DNA of 64,000 nt from Flectonema sp. DT1601. Lineage: Eukaryota. Within the stretch, counting starts at the first letter, position 1. Every line of letters begins with the position of its first letter. The translations under genes were made by a program, and so were the position numbers. Positions 53,459 to 64,000 of this stretch are shown piece after piece. The notes below the pieces were generated by a model, which was given only the letters and a program-made list of their open reading frames with translations, had not been told where the DNA came from and made no database searches. Where the stretch lies: the NCBI GenBank assembly GCA_964019425.1, contig OZ025785.1, positions 620,001 to 684,000 of the forward strand. The letters run 5' to 3'.

Positions 53459-55648
53459 ATGAATCAAGTAGTCATTTTAGTAGTGCTGTTATCGATCTGT
53501 TGTGTTGTGTTGGGATTCAAACCGTCACCAAATTTAAATGACTTACTGATATTTAGAAATGGAACTCAAGTGAAAAGTGTGGATGACTGGACAACTCGAA
53601 GAGAAGAATTAAAATATCTTTTGCAACAACACATTTTAGGGACGCTACCTCATGAGATCCCTGCGTTGTTATCGACAAAGACAGTTAATAGTTCGTTATC
53701 AGAAGGAGGCGTGAGATCAACATTTATTTTACTTAATTTTAGTCGTAATGTCTCTACTTATATTGAATTATTATACTCTGAAAACGACGTTATTAATAAT
53801 AAAAAACTACCGATATTTCTAACACAATGGAATCACCGATTGTGGTCAGCACTCGCTGTCACCAGAGGATACATCGGAGTGACTTACATGGGTGCAGACA
53901 TAGCAGATTCTGCACCCGATTTTCAAAATGCATATCCCAATTGTACGATGAAGCTGATTCTAGCAAGAGCATTTGTTTTAAGTAGGGTAATAGACTACGT
54001 TGTTACCCTCTCTTATGTTAATTCAAGTCAAATATCTGTGTCTGGACACTCTCGCAATGGCAAGCAATCAATCATTGCGGCGGCATTTGATGAGAGAATA
54101 ATGTCGGTTGTTGGATCGAGTCCTGGAGCACCAGTCGCATCTCCATTTCATTTTACGTCGTCAAACTATTATGGAGAAGGTCCTAGAACTGGTAATGTTG
54201 CTGGGTTATGGTGGTTGGAAAGTATTTTACAGTATGATGAGCATCCTGAGAACCTTCCAATTGATGGACATGCGATTGTTGCGTTGATAGCTCCGAGACA
54301 CGTCATAATCTCAACAGGTAGAACTGATTTTGAATCTGACATGGTATTCGCAGGTGAAATGAACGTTAAAAGCGTCACTAAAGTCTACAGCAAATTTTAC
54401 AACAAAGCAAGCCATCTGAGATTAATGACACGGGATGGTGATCATCACGGATATGATGATTTCCACACATACTTTGATTGGATTGATTATTCTTTTAATA
54501 GAAGAGAGAGATCACTTTCTAATAACAATCTCTGTGCTGGTTGTTTTATGATCCATCCAGAAGACTTATCAACATACACTACTGCTGCTGGTTTTTCATG
54601 GGGTCGGTGGAATCACTCTTATGGAGAACTTACTACTACTAAACCAGATATATCTTCCCCACTCATATCAAGAGTAAATTGGCTACTACAATTACCAACA
54701 TCACCTTTTTCATTTTCTGGTGGAAACATCGGAGAAGAACACAAAGCATCAAACTATATTCCCGGAATGCTTAGGCATAGCACAGCTTTTTCTAATATAA
54801 ACAGCTTTATTGTTTCTTTTGGAGAAGATTTGGATGCAACGTTGTATTGGCCTAAGAATGTGACGAATACTCGGCAACCTATTTTGATATGGTTGCATCC
54901 ATACAGCTATAATACTGGATACTCGCCTTCTTATAGACAAAGTAATGTCGCTCAGGAAATGGCTGCTGATGGTCATGTTGTGATGACATTTGATCAAATT
55001 GGTTTTGGTTTAAGAAATTTTAGAGGTGGAAATGTCTTTTATGATCGATACGGAGGAAGATCAAGTTTGTTTGGACGAATGACACAAGAAGTGAGTATGG
55101 CGGTTGACTTCTTGGTGTGTAGGTCGAAATCACCTCCCGATGAGAAGTGTGGTCAGCAATTTCAATTTGAAAACACAGAATTCAACAACCTCCCCTTAAT
55201 CGATCCGACTCGTATATCCGTAGCAGGATTCTCACTCGGTGGTAACGTTGCTATTCACTCAGCTGTTTTAGATAGCAGGATATCAGCAGTTGCGACATTC
55301 TCATCATGGACACCAATGCGAACTGACACTTCAGATCTCCCGACTGGTGGCCTCTCTCGTCTTTATGACCTTCATGGTCTGATACCAAGACTTGGATATT
55401 TTCAATATTCTGAACAGTCTGTTCCTTATGATTACATCGATTTGATTAACAGCATATCTCCTCGTCCTCTTCTTGTTCATGCCCCGTTACATGATCGTGA
55501 TGCGTCATTCTCTCATGTTTTAAAAACTATTAATTCTGTGAAACCTTCGTATCCGAAATTGACTTTCAGCTCACCTGATCGAAACGGGACAATGGAAGCC
55601 GAAGAAGTCGCTATTTTAAAAAAATGGTATTCAGCAATGATGATGTAG
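53459..55648 (+). CDS. Secreted tandem alpha/beta-hydrolase (CE15 glucuronoyl-esterase-like domain plus a second hydrolase domain)
   Basis: Signal peptide; W..RREEL; SGHSRNGK...AAAFDERI; ALIAPR. Second domain DQIGFG, AGFSLGG, SISPRPLLV. Confidence 0.85.
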   Translation: MNQVVILVVLLSICCVVLGFKPSPNLNDLLIFRNGTQVKSVDDWTTRREELKYLLQQHILGTLPHEIPALLSTKTVNSSLSEGGVRSTFILLNFSRNVSTYIELLYSENDVINNKKLPIFLTQWNHRLWSALAVTRGYIGVTYMGADIADSAPDFQNAYPNCTMKLILARAFVLSRVIDYVVTLSYVNSSQISVSGHSRNGKQSIIAAAFDERIMSVVGSSPGAPVASPFHFTSSNYYGEGPRTGNVAGLWWLESILQYDEHPENLPIDGHAIVALIAPRHVIISTGRTDFESDMVFAGEMNVKSVTKVYSKFYNKASHLRLMTRDGDHHGYDDFHTYFDWIDYSFNRRERSLSNNNLCAGCFMIHPEDLSTYTTAAGFSWGRWNHSYGELTTTKPDISSPLISRVNWLLQLPTSPFSFSGGNIGEEHKASNYIPGMLRHSTAFSNINSFIVSFGEDLDATLYWPKNVTNTRQPILIWLHPYSYNTGYSPSYRQSNVAQEMAADGHVVMTFDQIGFGLRNFRGGNVFYDRYGGRSSLFGRMTQEVSMAVDFLVCRSKSPPDEKCGQQFQFENTEFNNLPLIDPTRISVAGFSLGGNVAIHSAVLDSRISAVATFSSWTPMRTDTSDLPTGGLSRLYDLHGLIPRLGYFQYSEQSVPYDYIDLINSISPRPLLVHAPLHDRDASFSHVLKTINSVKPSYPKLTFSSPDRNGTMEAEEVAILKKWYSAMMM

Positions 55649-55952
55649 ATTACCTTTTTTTTTTTTTGTATTTAACAAAGTATTGTAAGAACGAAAAAAG
55701 AATGTTAGGTAGCACACGTAAACCTCCTTTAGCTTTTTATCGGTTTCTTGACACAAAACAATTATTTTATTTCTAAAATCTTTTCTCTCTCTAACACAAA
55801 TTCTTTTCACCGAAGATTTGAAGTTGCACGCGTACGACAGGAAAAAAAAAAAAAAAAAAGAATTATCTACCTTACCCTCTCTATGTTAACCAACATCATG
55901 AATGAGACTCTCACTTCACTTTATATTTCATTACAGAGATTAAATTCACAAT

Positions 55953-57698
55953 ATGAAAACACACCTTATCCTGTTGCTGTTACTTGTAGGTTCTGCTGTA
56001 GGGCTTCACTTGAATATTTGTGGGATAAAATGCACCAATAGAAATCACAAATGTTTTCCTTCTGATGCGGAAATCAGATTGTTTGGGGAAACACTGAATG
56101 GCGATGTGTTTATATTGCAAGATCCGGAATACTTGAATTTAACGATTATGAATAATCTTTTATTCAGAGAGATCCCTGCGTTTGTCGTCACTCCGAACAT
56201 TGACGATGACATAGTGAAGGTAATCAGATTTGCGAAAGAAAAGAATATGAGGCTGTCAGTAAGAGGTGGTGGTCATGCCTACGATGGTCAAAATGTCCAA
56301 CAAGATTCAATTTTGATAAATATGAAAAATTATCTAAAAATTGACATTCACAAGGAAGATTCCAAGCACCCATATGTCAACCTCGGAACTGGTTTGATTT
56401 TTGAAGAAATCTACGAAGAAGTTTACAAACACAATCTGGTGTTCAATGGTGGCAGCTGTCCAACTGTTGGTGTCGCTGGTTGGACACAAGGAGGAGGAAC
56501 AACAGCTGAGAATCGAATGCTTGGATTGGGAGTTGATTCTGTCTTATCAATGCGTGTTGCCCTGATGAATACGAAAATTGTTACCATCACTGCTGAGAGT
56601 GAGGAGTATAAAGATTTGTTTTGGGCTCTTCTGGGAGGTGGAGGAGGGACATACGCCATTATATTGGAATACAAGATGAAACTTCACATTCCTCCACCAA
56701 CATTTACATCTCTATCACTTGACTTCGTATGGAGTACGTCACTGATGAGTGATTGTGGGAGATCAGCGATGGATTTTTGGATGAGTATTCAGGATGATAT
56801 CCCAAGTGAATGGGGTGTTTATGTTGTTCTATCATCACTGCCGAGCAATCACGGAAATGATACTGACGTTCCCCTTAGATTATCATCATGGCAAAATAGA
56901 AATCACAGAAGTGTTTCAAAAATCCAACGTCAGTTTCTTTCCAGCAGAGGTGTTTCACTTGAACATGATCACAGTGGTTTATTGACCTTTCATGGATTGT
57001 ATTGGGGTGATATTGAAGAGGCTAGGAAGTCAATTCAACCACTACTCGATTTTAAACCTCAATGTCAACTTCGTGTGATCGATTTCTCAGATCAATTCAT
57101 GCCTCCATTAGAAGTCAAACCTACCTTTGAAAGCTATCAATCCGAAATTACATGCAGTAGAGGTGGTGGTCTTGGATGTCGAGACAGAATTTCTAACAAA
57201 CCGTTATTTGTGACTCCGGAGATGGTTAATGATGAACTTTATGATCTTCTTGACACTGTTGCGAATTTCAAAACCGATGACCCATCAGAAGGAGTTGGTT
57301 TCATGTGGACTGCTCTCGGAGGAGCAGCATCAAAACCAAACCCAGACAATAGCATCAGTTCTGGTTTCAGAAATGCATTTGGAAATGGTGCCTTCAACGG
57401 CTACTGGTCTGACAGATCACGCGATGATTATTTTACTGGATTTTCAAGAACTTTCGGAAGACACATGTACGAGATAGCTGACAAAGCAGCAGCAAAAAGC
57501 AACGATGTTGCATACATGTACGTTAACTACCCTGACACAGATGGTATTCACAGTTGGCATAATCGGTACTTTGGAGAAGCTTATGAACGTCTTGCTGAAA
57601 TCAAATTGAAATACGATTCTTCTAACATGCTTTTAAAATTTCAAGGAGTAGGATGGCCTGTGCTTGATGAAAATGCCGAAACTTGTCAGAACAAGTAA
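55953..57698 (+). CDS. Secreted FAD-linked oxidase, berberine-bridge-enzyme-like
   Basis: Signal peptide; RGGGHAY; GSCPTVGVAGWTQGGG (His and Cys for bicovalent FAD); DLFWALLGGGGG; YVNY...RLAEIKLKYD. Confidence 0.9.
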   Translation: MKTHLILLLLLVGSAVGLHLNICGIKCTNRNHKCFPSDAEIRLFGETLNGDVFILQDPEYLNLTIMNNLLFREIPAFVVTPNIDDDIVKVIRFAKEKNMRLSVRGGGHAYDGQNVQQDSILINMKNYLKIDIHKEDSKHPYVNLGTGLIFEEIYEEVYKHNLVFNGGSCPTVGVAGWTQGGGTTAENRMLGLGVDSVLSMRVALMNTKIVTITAESEEYKDLFWALLGGGGGTYAIILEYKMKLHIPPPTFTSLSLDFVWSTSLMSDCGRSAMDFWMSIQDDIPSEWGVYVVLSSLPSNHGNDTDVPLRLSSWQNRNHRSVSKIQRQFLSSRGVSLEHDHSGLLTFHGLYWGDIEEARKSIQPLLDFKPQCQLRVIDFSDQFMPPLEVKPTFESYQSEITCSRGGGLGCRDRISNKPLFVTPEMVNDELYDLLDTVANFKTDDPSEGVGFMWTALGGAASKPNPDNSISSGFRNAFGNGAFNGYWSDRSRDDYFTGFSRTFGRHMYEIADKAAAKSNDVAYMYVNYPDTDGIHSWHNRYFGEAYERLAEIKLKYDSSNMLLKFQGVGWPVLDENAETCQNK

Positions 57699-58596
57699 TC
57701 CATTTTTTATTTTTTTTTTTTAAAACTTCTTTGTGTTACAGATTAGGCTAGGAAAGTACATTCCGCCGCCTGAAATACAAAGTTAGTTATACATAGCGTG
57801 AAGAAGCATCGGATTCTTGTAATGAGAGGATGATGGCTTTTTCCGAAATAAACGTGAATTTTTTTTTTAATTTTTTTTTTTTGTTGGGGAACGACGTTCC
57901 TGAATTCACAAAAAAAACTTTTCGTATAAAACGAATTTTGGTAAAAATCTGCCAAGTTCGATTCCGAGACTTTGTGTTTTTTTTGATACAGTGTTTCCCT
58001 TTTTTTAAAAAAAAAAATATAAAAAAAAAATAAATAACAATAAATAAAAGTGTTCATTATCATAACAAATTCTTTCTTAACAAAAAAAAAAAAAAAAACT
58101 TGAATGAATTGTACTTAAATCCAGGTTATTTTGTCTTGTAGAAGTTGAACTTTTTTTTGCTCCTTTGGACAATTCTGGATTTCTCTCCAATTTCACTTCA
58201 TTCATTTTTTCCCCCCTTTTTTTTTTTTTTTCCCCCCATTCCCCATAACAACTACATGTCGGTGACTAATCGCTTGTTACATGTAATCGCTCGATCGTTT
58301 TTTTTTTTGTTTTTTTTTGAAAAAAAAAAAAAAGAAATCTCTTTTTTTTTTTTCTTAAAAAAATTTTTTTTGACGTGGGGACGTAATCACGATTCAATAA
58401 GTGACTGCGTGTGGAAGATTGAAGGGATTTTAGATGAATTTTATTTTTTTTTTTGTTTTGTTTTTTTTTAAATAAAACAGAGTGATGTAACAAACATGTT
58501 TGACTGACCACCACCGCTCTCCTCTTTTGTTTTATGTTCTGCTATGTAAAAAAGTATTCACACATTTCAAAAAAAAAAAAGGTATAATAAAAAAAA

Positions 58597-59338
58597 ATGA
58601 GTGCTGTCGAAGTATCAGCGCCTGCCGCACCTGCAGCAAAACCTGACAATTTCTTAGAACAAGTAGTGGGTAAGGATGTTGTTGTGAAACTTACTGCAGG
58701 TATTTTATTATTTCTGTTTTCTTTTTGTTTTCTCATGAAATCATTCTAAAATAACAATTCAAACACAACACAGGAAGTGAATACACTGGTAAGCTAACCT
58801 GTATGGACGGACACTTAAACGTCGTATTACAGGATGCTAAAGAATCTGTTCACGGACATCACCGAGGTGACTACGGAGATGCTTTCTTGAGGGGAAATAA
58901 TGGTATGTATAGGTGAGAAGAAAGGGGGGTCCGGGGGGGGGAGAGTAGGGAATTAACGAATCTATTTGTTGTCTTCGGTGAACGTCATGTCGTGTTTTTT
59001 CATTTATTTCTTCTCTGATTCAATGTTGTGATCTATTCTTGCTTTGATGTTACGGCAGGTAATTCGAATACGGCAAACATCGACGGTAGTGAACGGCAGA
59101 GTGAAGGAATAGAGCTGCTTTATCTCTTTTGCCGATCCCGTCAATGCTTCGTTGAAACCTCTGACGGGATTCTTAATTTAAAGTCAATATTTTTATTGAT
59201 AGACTGGTGACTTTTAGTCGGCCTCGATCATTCTTTCTTAGTCTGGTTAGACAGAAAGTGCTTTCTCAAAAAAATAAAAAAAAACAAAACAACAAAAAAT
59301 AAACAGTATTATATATAGCCATGGACGACAGTAAATAA
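58597..59338 (+). CDS. LSM6: Sm-like protein LSm6 (SmF less likely); exons 58597-58699, 58774-58902, 59307-59338
   Basis: Spliced product PDNFLEQVVGKDVVVKLTAG-SEYTGKLTCMDGHLNVVL...YGDAFLRGNN-VLYI with two GT-AG introns. Absent from the ORF track. Confidence 0.85.
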
Positions 59339-59664
59339 TATAACTTCGAACGAAGAGTAAAAAAATGGAACTAACATCAGACTTCACTTATAAATCATCG
59401 TCATTTATACCCCCCGACTGAGGGGGAAATAAGTCTAACGATTGCCATTTAAGGTAATTGCCTTGAGTAGAACAGTAGTTATTATCAGTATGTCCCATTG
59501 GGTAACGCTGATCTGAAAAAATGCTCCTTTTTTTAAAAGAAGCCGGTTGCTTAGGATTATTGGTTTTTGTCAAGTTAGATTGCTTTTACGATATTCCTTT
59601 GTACAGAACCTCCACACAAAAACAACGTAGAGCATTACAAAAAGAGGTGCGGAAGGGGGGCAGT

Positions 59665-62571
59665 ATGACGTTCTTCAGTAGAAGTATGAGTAAGTTGATG
59701 AACCGCAGAAAGAAGATTGCCGACCCTGTCCTAACGCAGTTTACTGATAGAGTATTTTTACTTCAACTTCCAGAGGCTTCTGTCACTGCAGAATCGGTCA
59801 TAAAAAAAGTCTTAGAGGGTAGTGGAGACATGGCCAAGGTGATGCTTTTTAACGCCACTCCAATGGCGTTCGGAGATTGCATTCAGAGAATTGATTTTCC
59901 ACAAGATCAGTTGGTAGAAGATTTTCATTTTTTACTATCTCTGTGTGTTCAAATTCACGGATGGCTTAAGTGCTCTGAAGACAACGTTTCTGTAATAGTC
60001 ACTCAAATAGGAGACCGAGATCCAGCGGCGTTACTTGCAGCCTGCTACATGATGTTTAGTTACCCTGTGCAATACTACCACGGCAAGACTACATTGTATG
60101 CTTTGCAAGAAGCAGGTATTGAGACTGATCTTCCATCTGTTGAACGATACGCTACTTGGTTCGGGTTTCTCTTAACTATGCAAGACCTTCCTTCTAGTGA
60201 TCGTCTTCGTCTTAAGAGAATTAGAGTTTTGGGAGCTGGAAATTTGCGTCAGTATGTCGATTTTAACTTACTCGTGACAAATCCTAAAAGCACTCCGTTA
60301 TTTCATGCTCATGAGGCTTCGATTTTTAAGAATGACGGAACGATTGATGTGATTCTCGAACCTTCTTGTACTATACTTGGAGATTTCGAAGTCGCTTTTA
60401 TTGCATACATCACCAACACTGATTGTCCAAGAAAATCTCACATTTTTCGTTTTTCATTCTCAACGTTGTTCCTTCCTCAACAAAGTCAAATAAAAGTTAA
60501 TAAAAAACATCTTGATCACGCTTCTAGTGATGTAAATCTTCCTTCTAATTTTTCATTGGTTTTGGATTGGGAAGCTGTCGATGAAAAAGACATTGCCGAG
60601 GAGCAAAAACAAGAAGATCACGTGCTTCTCTCAGACATAACACATTTCATCACCCGAGCACCGAGGGTTTACAGCAACTATTCTCACACTGATGAGGCTA
60701 TTCAAGATTATGAAATGTGTAGTAGCGAACAGGGAAGACAGACTGACGACAACGACATTACAGATCCATACGCTTATGTAGCTGAAAGAAATATTGGAAA
60801 TGTATTCTTAAAACAATTGATAATGGAATTTAAAGAGTCTATTGGTGAAGTCGTAGATGAACATTATCAAGAAGCGGAAAAGCAGTTAGAAGATGAAGTG
60901 TCCGCTGAGACAATGTCTCATGGTAGCTTTGATTCGATGCCACAACAGAGGATATTACAGACGTCTTCTATTGATGAATTGAATCACTTTATGCACACAC
61001 CTACAACACCACTTGGTGGGTCAGGGAGAGCTTCGTTCCCTTCACCTCCATCAGCGGTTGTGGTGCAGCCTCCACCTCCACCTATTGCTCCCAAGCCGCC
61101 TGGTGCTCCTCCTCCTCCGCCTCATCCGCTTGCAAAGGGAGTTCCGCCACCACCACCAAATCCCAGGGGTGTGGCTCCTCCTCCACCTGGTGGGATTCCA
61201 CCACCACCTCCAGGTGGTGGTCGTCCTCCACCACCCCCTCCTCCGGGGGGGATACCTCCTCCTCCTCCACCTCCGGGTTCTCCTGGAATCGGTGGGGCTC
61301 GGATGAAAAGCTTGTATTGGAAAAAGATGCAACACCACCTCGCCGCTACCAGCGTTTGGAAAACCATCGCTGAGCGAAGTATGAACCAAGAAAGTGTGAT
61401 TGACATTTCAGAACTCGGTGAAATGTTTGAGAAAAAAGCAGCAAAACCAGCTGCCAAGAAAGAAGTAGCTCCACGGATAAAAACTTCAACAGCAATCACA
61501 TCTCAACGAGCTCAGAATATCGGAATCGTTTTAACTTTTTTAAAATTAAAACCGAAACAAATAATTGAAGGACTGATGTCATGTGATGATGAAATCCTAA
61601 CCAGAGATTCCCTCGAGGCATTACAATCTATCTTACCGAGTGATGACGAACTTAAAGGATTAAAAAGAGAAAAGGGAACAGAAGTAGAATGGGGTCCTGC
61701 TGCTCAATATTTCTATTTAGTAAGTACAGACGTACCTGATTTAGAAGATCGATTATCTATGTGGTTGTTTACACATGATTTTAAGGTACAGATCGTTGAC
61801 GTTGTTTCTGAACTAAAAGAGATGGAATCGGCGTTTGACATACTTCTCGATGAATCAACGTGTTTTACTGAAGTACTTTCCATTGTTTTGGCTCTTGGAA
61901 ACACGTTAAATAAAGGAACGTCTCATGGTGCTGCGATGGGTTTTTCAGTTTCTGATTTGGGTCAACTTGCATCTGTTAAAGCAAATGATGGAAAATCTAA
62001 TTTAATGGAATTTTTAGTGAGGACAGTTGCGACTAAATGTCCGAAGTTAATATCGTTTGTTGAGGAGTTGGATCCAGTTTCGAAGGCTAGGAATCTTTCT
62101 TTTCCAACAATGCAGCAAAGCGTCAGACAAATAACAACGAAATTCGATTCAATCTTAAAGAAACTTTCAAACTCATCAGCTGGTGACGACTGTACGATGA
62201 CAGCAAAATTACGAAAATTCGTCTCCGAGTCACAAACTTCTGTTAACGAATGCTCATCATTACGTTCTCAAATTCAAGAAAAGGCTCGCAAATTATCATC
62301 ACATTTCGGTGAGGTATGTAAAAAAAAATTTTCTTTTGGTAAGGGGAGAAAAAAAGAAATCATAAAAAAATTACAAATATTCACACAGGGACCGTCATTC
62401 GACGAAGCAGTCTTCTTCACACATGTTTGTACCTTTAGAAATAGTTTTGAAACCACGCTGGAGGAATACAAAAAGAAACAAGAGATGAAAAAACGTCAAC
62501 AAAAAAAAGCTGAGGCGGCTGAAAAAGAGAATAAAAATACTCACGTCGATCCCAGTGGCAGTGAGAGCTGA
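59665..62571 (+). CDS. Formin with PTEN/C2-like N-terminus, FH1 and FH2; probable intron 62314-62388
   Basis: Poly-Pro FH1; MKSLYWKK, RAQNIGI, LALGNTLN.GT..G.A.GF; N-terminal phosphatase-like/C2 region (LPSVERY, ILGDF, IFRFSFST). Confidence 0.9.
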   Translation: MTFFSRSMSKLMNRRKKIADPVLTQFTDRVFLLQLPEASVTAESVIKKVLEGSGDMAKVMLFNATPMAFGDCIQRIDFPQDQLVEDFHFLLSLCVQIHGWLKCSEDNVSVIVTQIGDRDPAALLAACYMMFSYPVQYYHGKTTLYALQEAGIETDLPSVERYATWFGFLLTMQDLPSSDRLRLKRIRVLGAGNLRQYVDFNLLVTNPKSTPLFHAHEASIFKNDGTIDVILEPSCTILGDFEVAFIAYITNTDCPRKSHIFRFSFSTLFLPQQSQIKVNKKHLDHASSDVNLPSNFSLVLDWEAVDEKDIAEEQKQEDHVLLSDITHFITRAPRVYSNYSHTDEAIQDYEMCSSEQGRQTDDNDITDPYAYVAERNIGNVFLKQLIMEFKESIGEVVDEHYQEAEKQLEDEVSAETMSHGSFDSMPQQRILQTSSIDELNHFMHTPTTPLGGSGRASFPSPPSAVVVQPPPPPIAPKPPGAPPPPPHPLAKGVPPPPPNPRGVAPPPPGGIPPPPPGGGRPPPPPPPGGIPPPPPPPGSPGIGGARMKSLYWKKMQHHLAATSVWKTIAERSMNQESVIDISELGEMFEKKAAKPAAKKEVAPRIKTSTAITSQRAQNIGIVLTFLKLKPKQIIEGLMSCDDEILTRDSLEALQSILPSDDELKGLKREKGTEVEWGPAAQYFYLVSTDVPDLEDRLSMWLFTHDFKVQIVDVVSELKEMESAFDILLDESTCFTEVLSIVLALGNTLNKGTSHGAAMGFSVSDLGQLASVKANDGKSNLMEFLVRTVATKCPKLISFVEELDPVSKARNLSFPTMQQSVRQITTKFDSILKKLSNSSAGDDCTMTAKLRKFVSESQTSVNECSSLRSQIQEKARKLSSHFGEVCKKKFSFGKGRKKEIIKKLQIFTQGPSFDEAVFFTHVCTFRNSFETTLEEYKKKQEMKKRQQKKAEAAEKENKNTHVDPSGSES

Positions 62572-63472
62572 AGCAGTTTTTTCTTACTGTGTGTAGTAGT
62601 CGGTTGTTGTAAAAATAAATAAATAATAATAATAACAAAAGGAAGGGGAGGACACGTGTACTAGCACTGTTTTATAGTTTTCTTTTTAAGGAACCCCCTT
62701 GCCTTTTTTTTTTTTGTTTATATTTTGTTGTTGTTGTGTTCTTGCTTATCAGTTTTCGTCTTTGTTTGGGTTTTTTTTTTTCTTCTTTTTTTTTCGTAGC
62801 ACACGACTCAAATGAATAACTAACTGTCTCTCAAAGTCGAGACTCTTTCGGCTAAATGATAAAATAATTAACCACTCGTCCCTTTCCTGAGAAGGGCAAA
62901 CACGCTATGAGTAGGACTCTCTTACCCTCTTCGTTGAAGAGGGCTTGGTAAGGAGAATGGTCCGAAAAAGAAAGTTTTTTTTTTTTTAAAATTTTAGCCT
63001 CAAACCCAACCATTATTTGTTTGTTGTCCTACGAATTTTCTTTTTTTTTTGATTGAGACTCTTCTTGTCCGATATTATTTTTGTAAAAAAAAAAAAAAAA
63101 AGCGACCCTTTTTAAAAAAACAAAGATCGCATTTAAATTTGTTCGGTATGTTTTTTATTTTTTGTTAAGACTAAATAAGTGAAAAATAAGTACTAATTTC
63201 TGTAGGTACAGTTTTTCAATCACTCACAACTGTTAATCATCGTATATATTTTGAATTTAAAAAAAAAAAAAAAATTAATAAAATAAAATAAGAAAAAGAG
63301 AGAAGAGAGAAGAAAGCAATAATACTGCTTGCCTTGTGCACTTCCTCTAACCTGACATATTCCGGTAACGTGTTTTTTTTTTTTTTTTTTTTTTTAAAAG
63401 GAAGCAAAAAAAAAAAAACATACTTATTTATCATAACAGAGGAATATATAAAAAAATAAAAATAACACAAAA

Positions 63473-64000
63473 ATGGATTTCGATGATAATTCTTCAGAGA
63501 GTTCTGAGTCAGGAGAGGGGTGGACACGTCATGTAGACGAGTCTAGTGGAAGAGTCTACTGGTATCACTCCGGTGATATGAGATCACAATGGACATGTCC
63601 ACCTGAATTAGAAACAAAAGATCAAAAAGAACGGACAGTCGAAAGAACAGCAACAAACACTCCTGAAGAAGAACAAGATGATGAGATAGAAGAAACCCAA
63701 CGAATAGAAGTTACGGAAATGGAACCTTTAAGAGCTCAAGGTATTATGTTAAATGGGACATATGCTGTTCAACCGACATTTGCTGTTGCATCGTTGAGGC
63801 AACAGGAAATTCCGGAAGCAGATAAAATTAGAAAAAAACACATTGATCAAATGGTAAAACAATACCATGCAATGGGACAGTTGGTTAAACAGCTTCAAGT
63901 CAATCAGGAAAAACAAGAACAAGAGTGGATTCAACAACAACACATTCAAGGAATATTAAGACAACAACAAGTTCAAAAACAACTCGAAGTGTTTTCAAAT
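63473..64000 (+). CDS. WW-domain protein, truncated by the window end
   Basis: GWTRHVDESSGRVYWYHSGDMRSQWTCP; frame open to 64000. Confidence 0.85.
   Translation, partial: MDFDDNSSESSESGEGWTRHVDESSGRVYWYHSGDMRSQWTCPPELETKDQKERTVERTATNTPEEEQDDEIEETQRIEVTEMEPLRAQGIMLNGTYAVQPTFAVASLRQQEIPEADKIRKKHIDQMVKQYHAMGQLVKQLQVNQEKQEQEWIQQQHIQGILRQQQVQKQLEVFSN

Noticed and set aside
61013..61499. Overlapping ORFs on both strands
   Set aside because: Shadows of the poly-proline FH1 codons.

Overview
AT-rich eukaryotic (protist) genomic DNA with long poly(A)/poly(T) spacers. Every credible gene is on the + strand, mostly intron-poor, often with a T-rich tract plus AG shortly before the ATG, and a few short GT-AG introns. 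This suggests a euglenozoan-like (possibly diplonemid) directional gene cluster, which is inference only. Host genes: a secreted EF-hand protein, a cNMP-binding protein, a MAPK-like pseudokinase, a receptor-type STE11 kinase, a myristoylation-motif protein, a receptor pseudokinase, a CE15-like double alpha/beta-hydrolase, a BBE-like FAD oxidase, LSm6, a PTEN/C2-type formin and a WW protein. Accessory content: (1) An ingi-like non-LTR retrotransposon (2A, APE, RT with a PDZ-like insert, RNase H) nested in a 5.9-kb unit bounded by 47-bp inverted repeats and A17 flanks, which also carries scrambled LSU rRNA and tRNA-like pieces. (2) A rearranging cluster of 25-aa LRR genes and pseudogenes with hypervariable positions and captured gene fragments. 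(3) A Naiad/Chlamys-type Penelope-like RT fused to an OTU protease domain and zinc fingers. Its flanks carry structured motifs, one with a possible kissing loop, that recur as dispersed same-strand copies across the window. The third is the best candidate for an undescribed system. All structures were paired by eye and no database searches were run.
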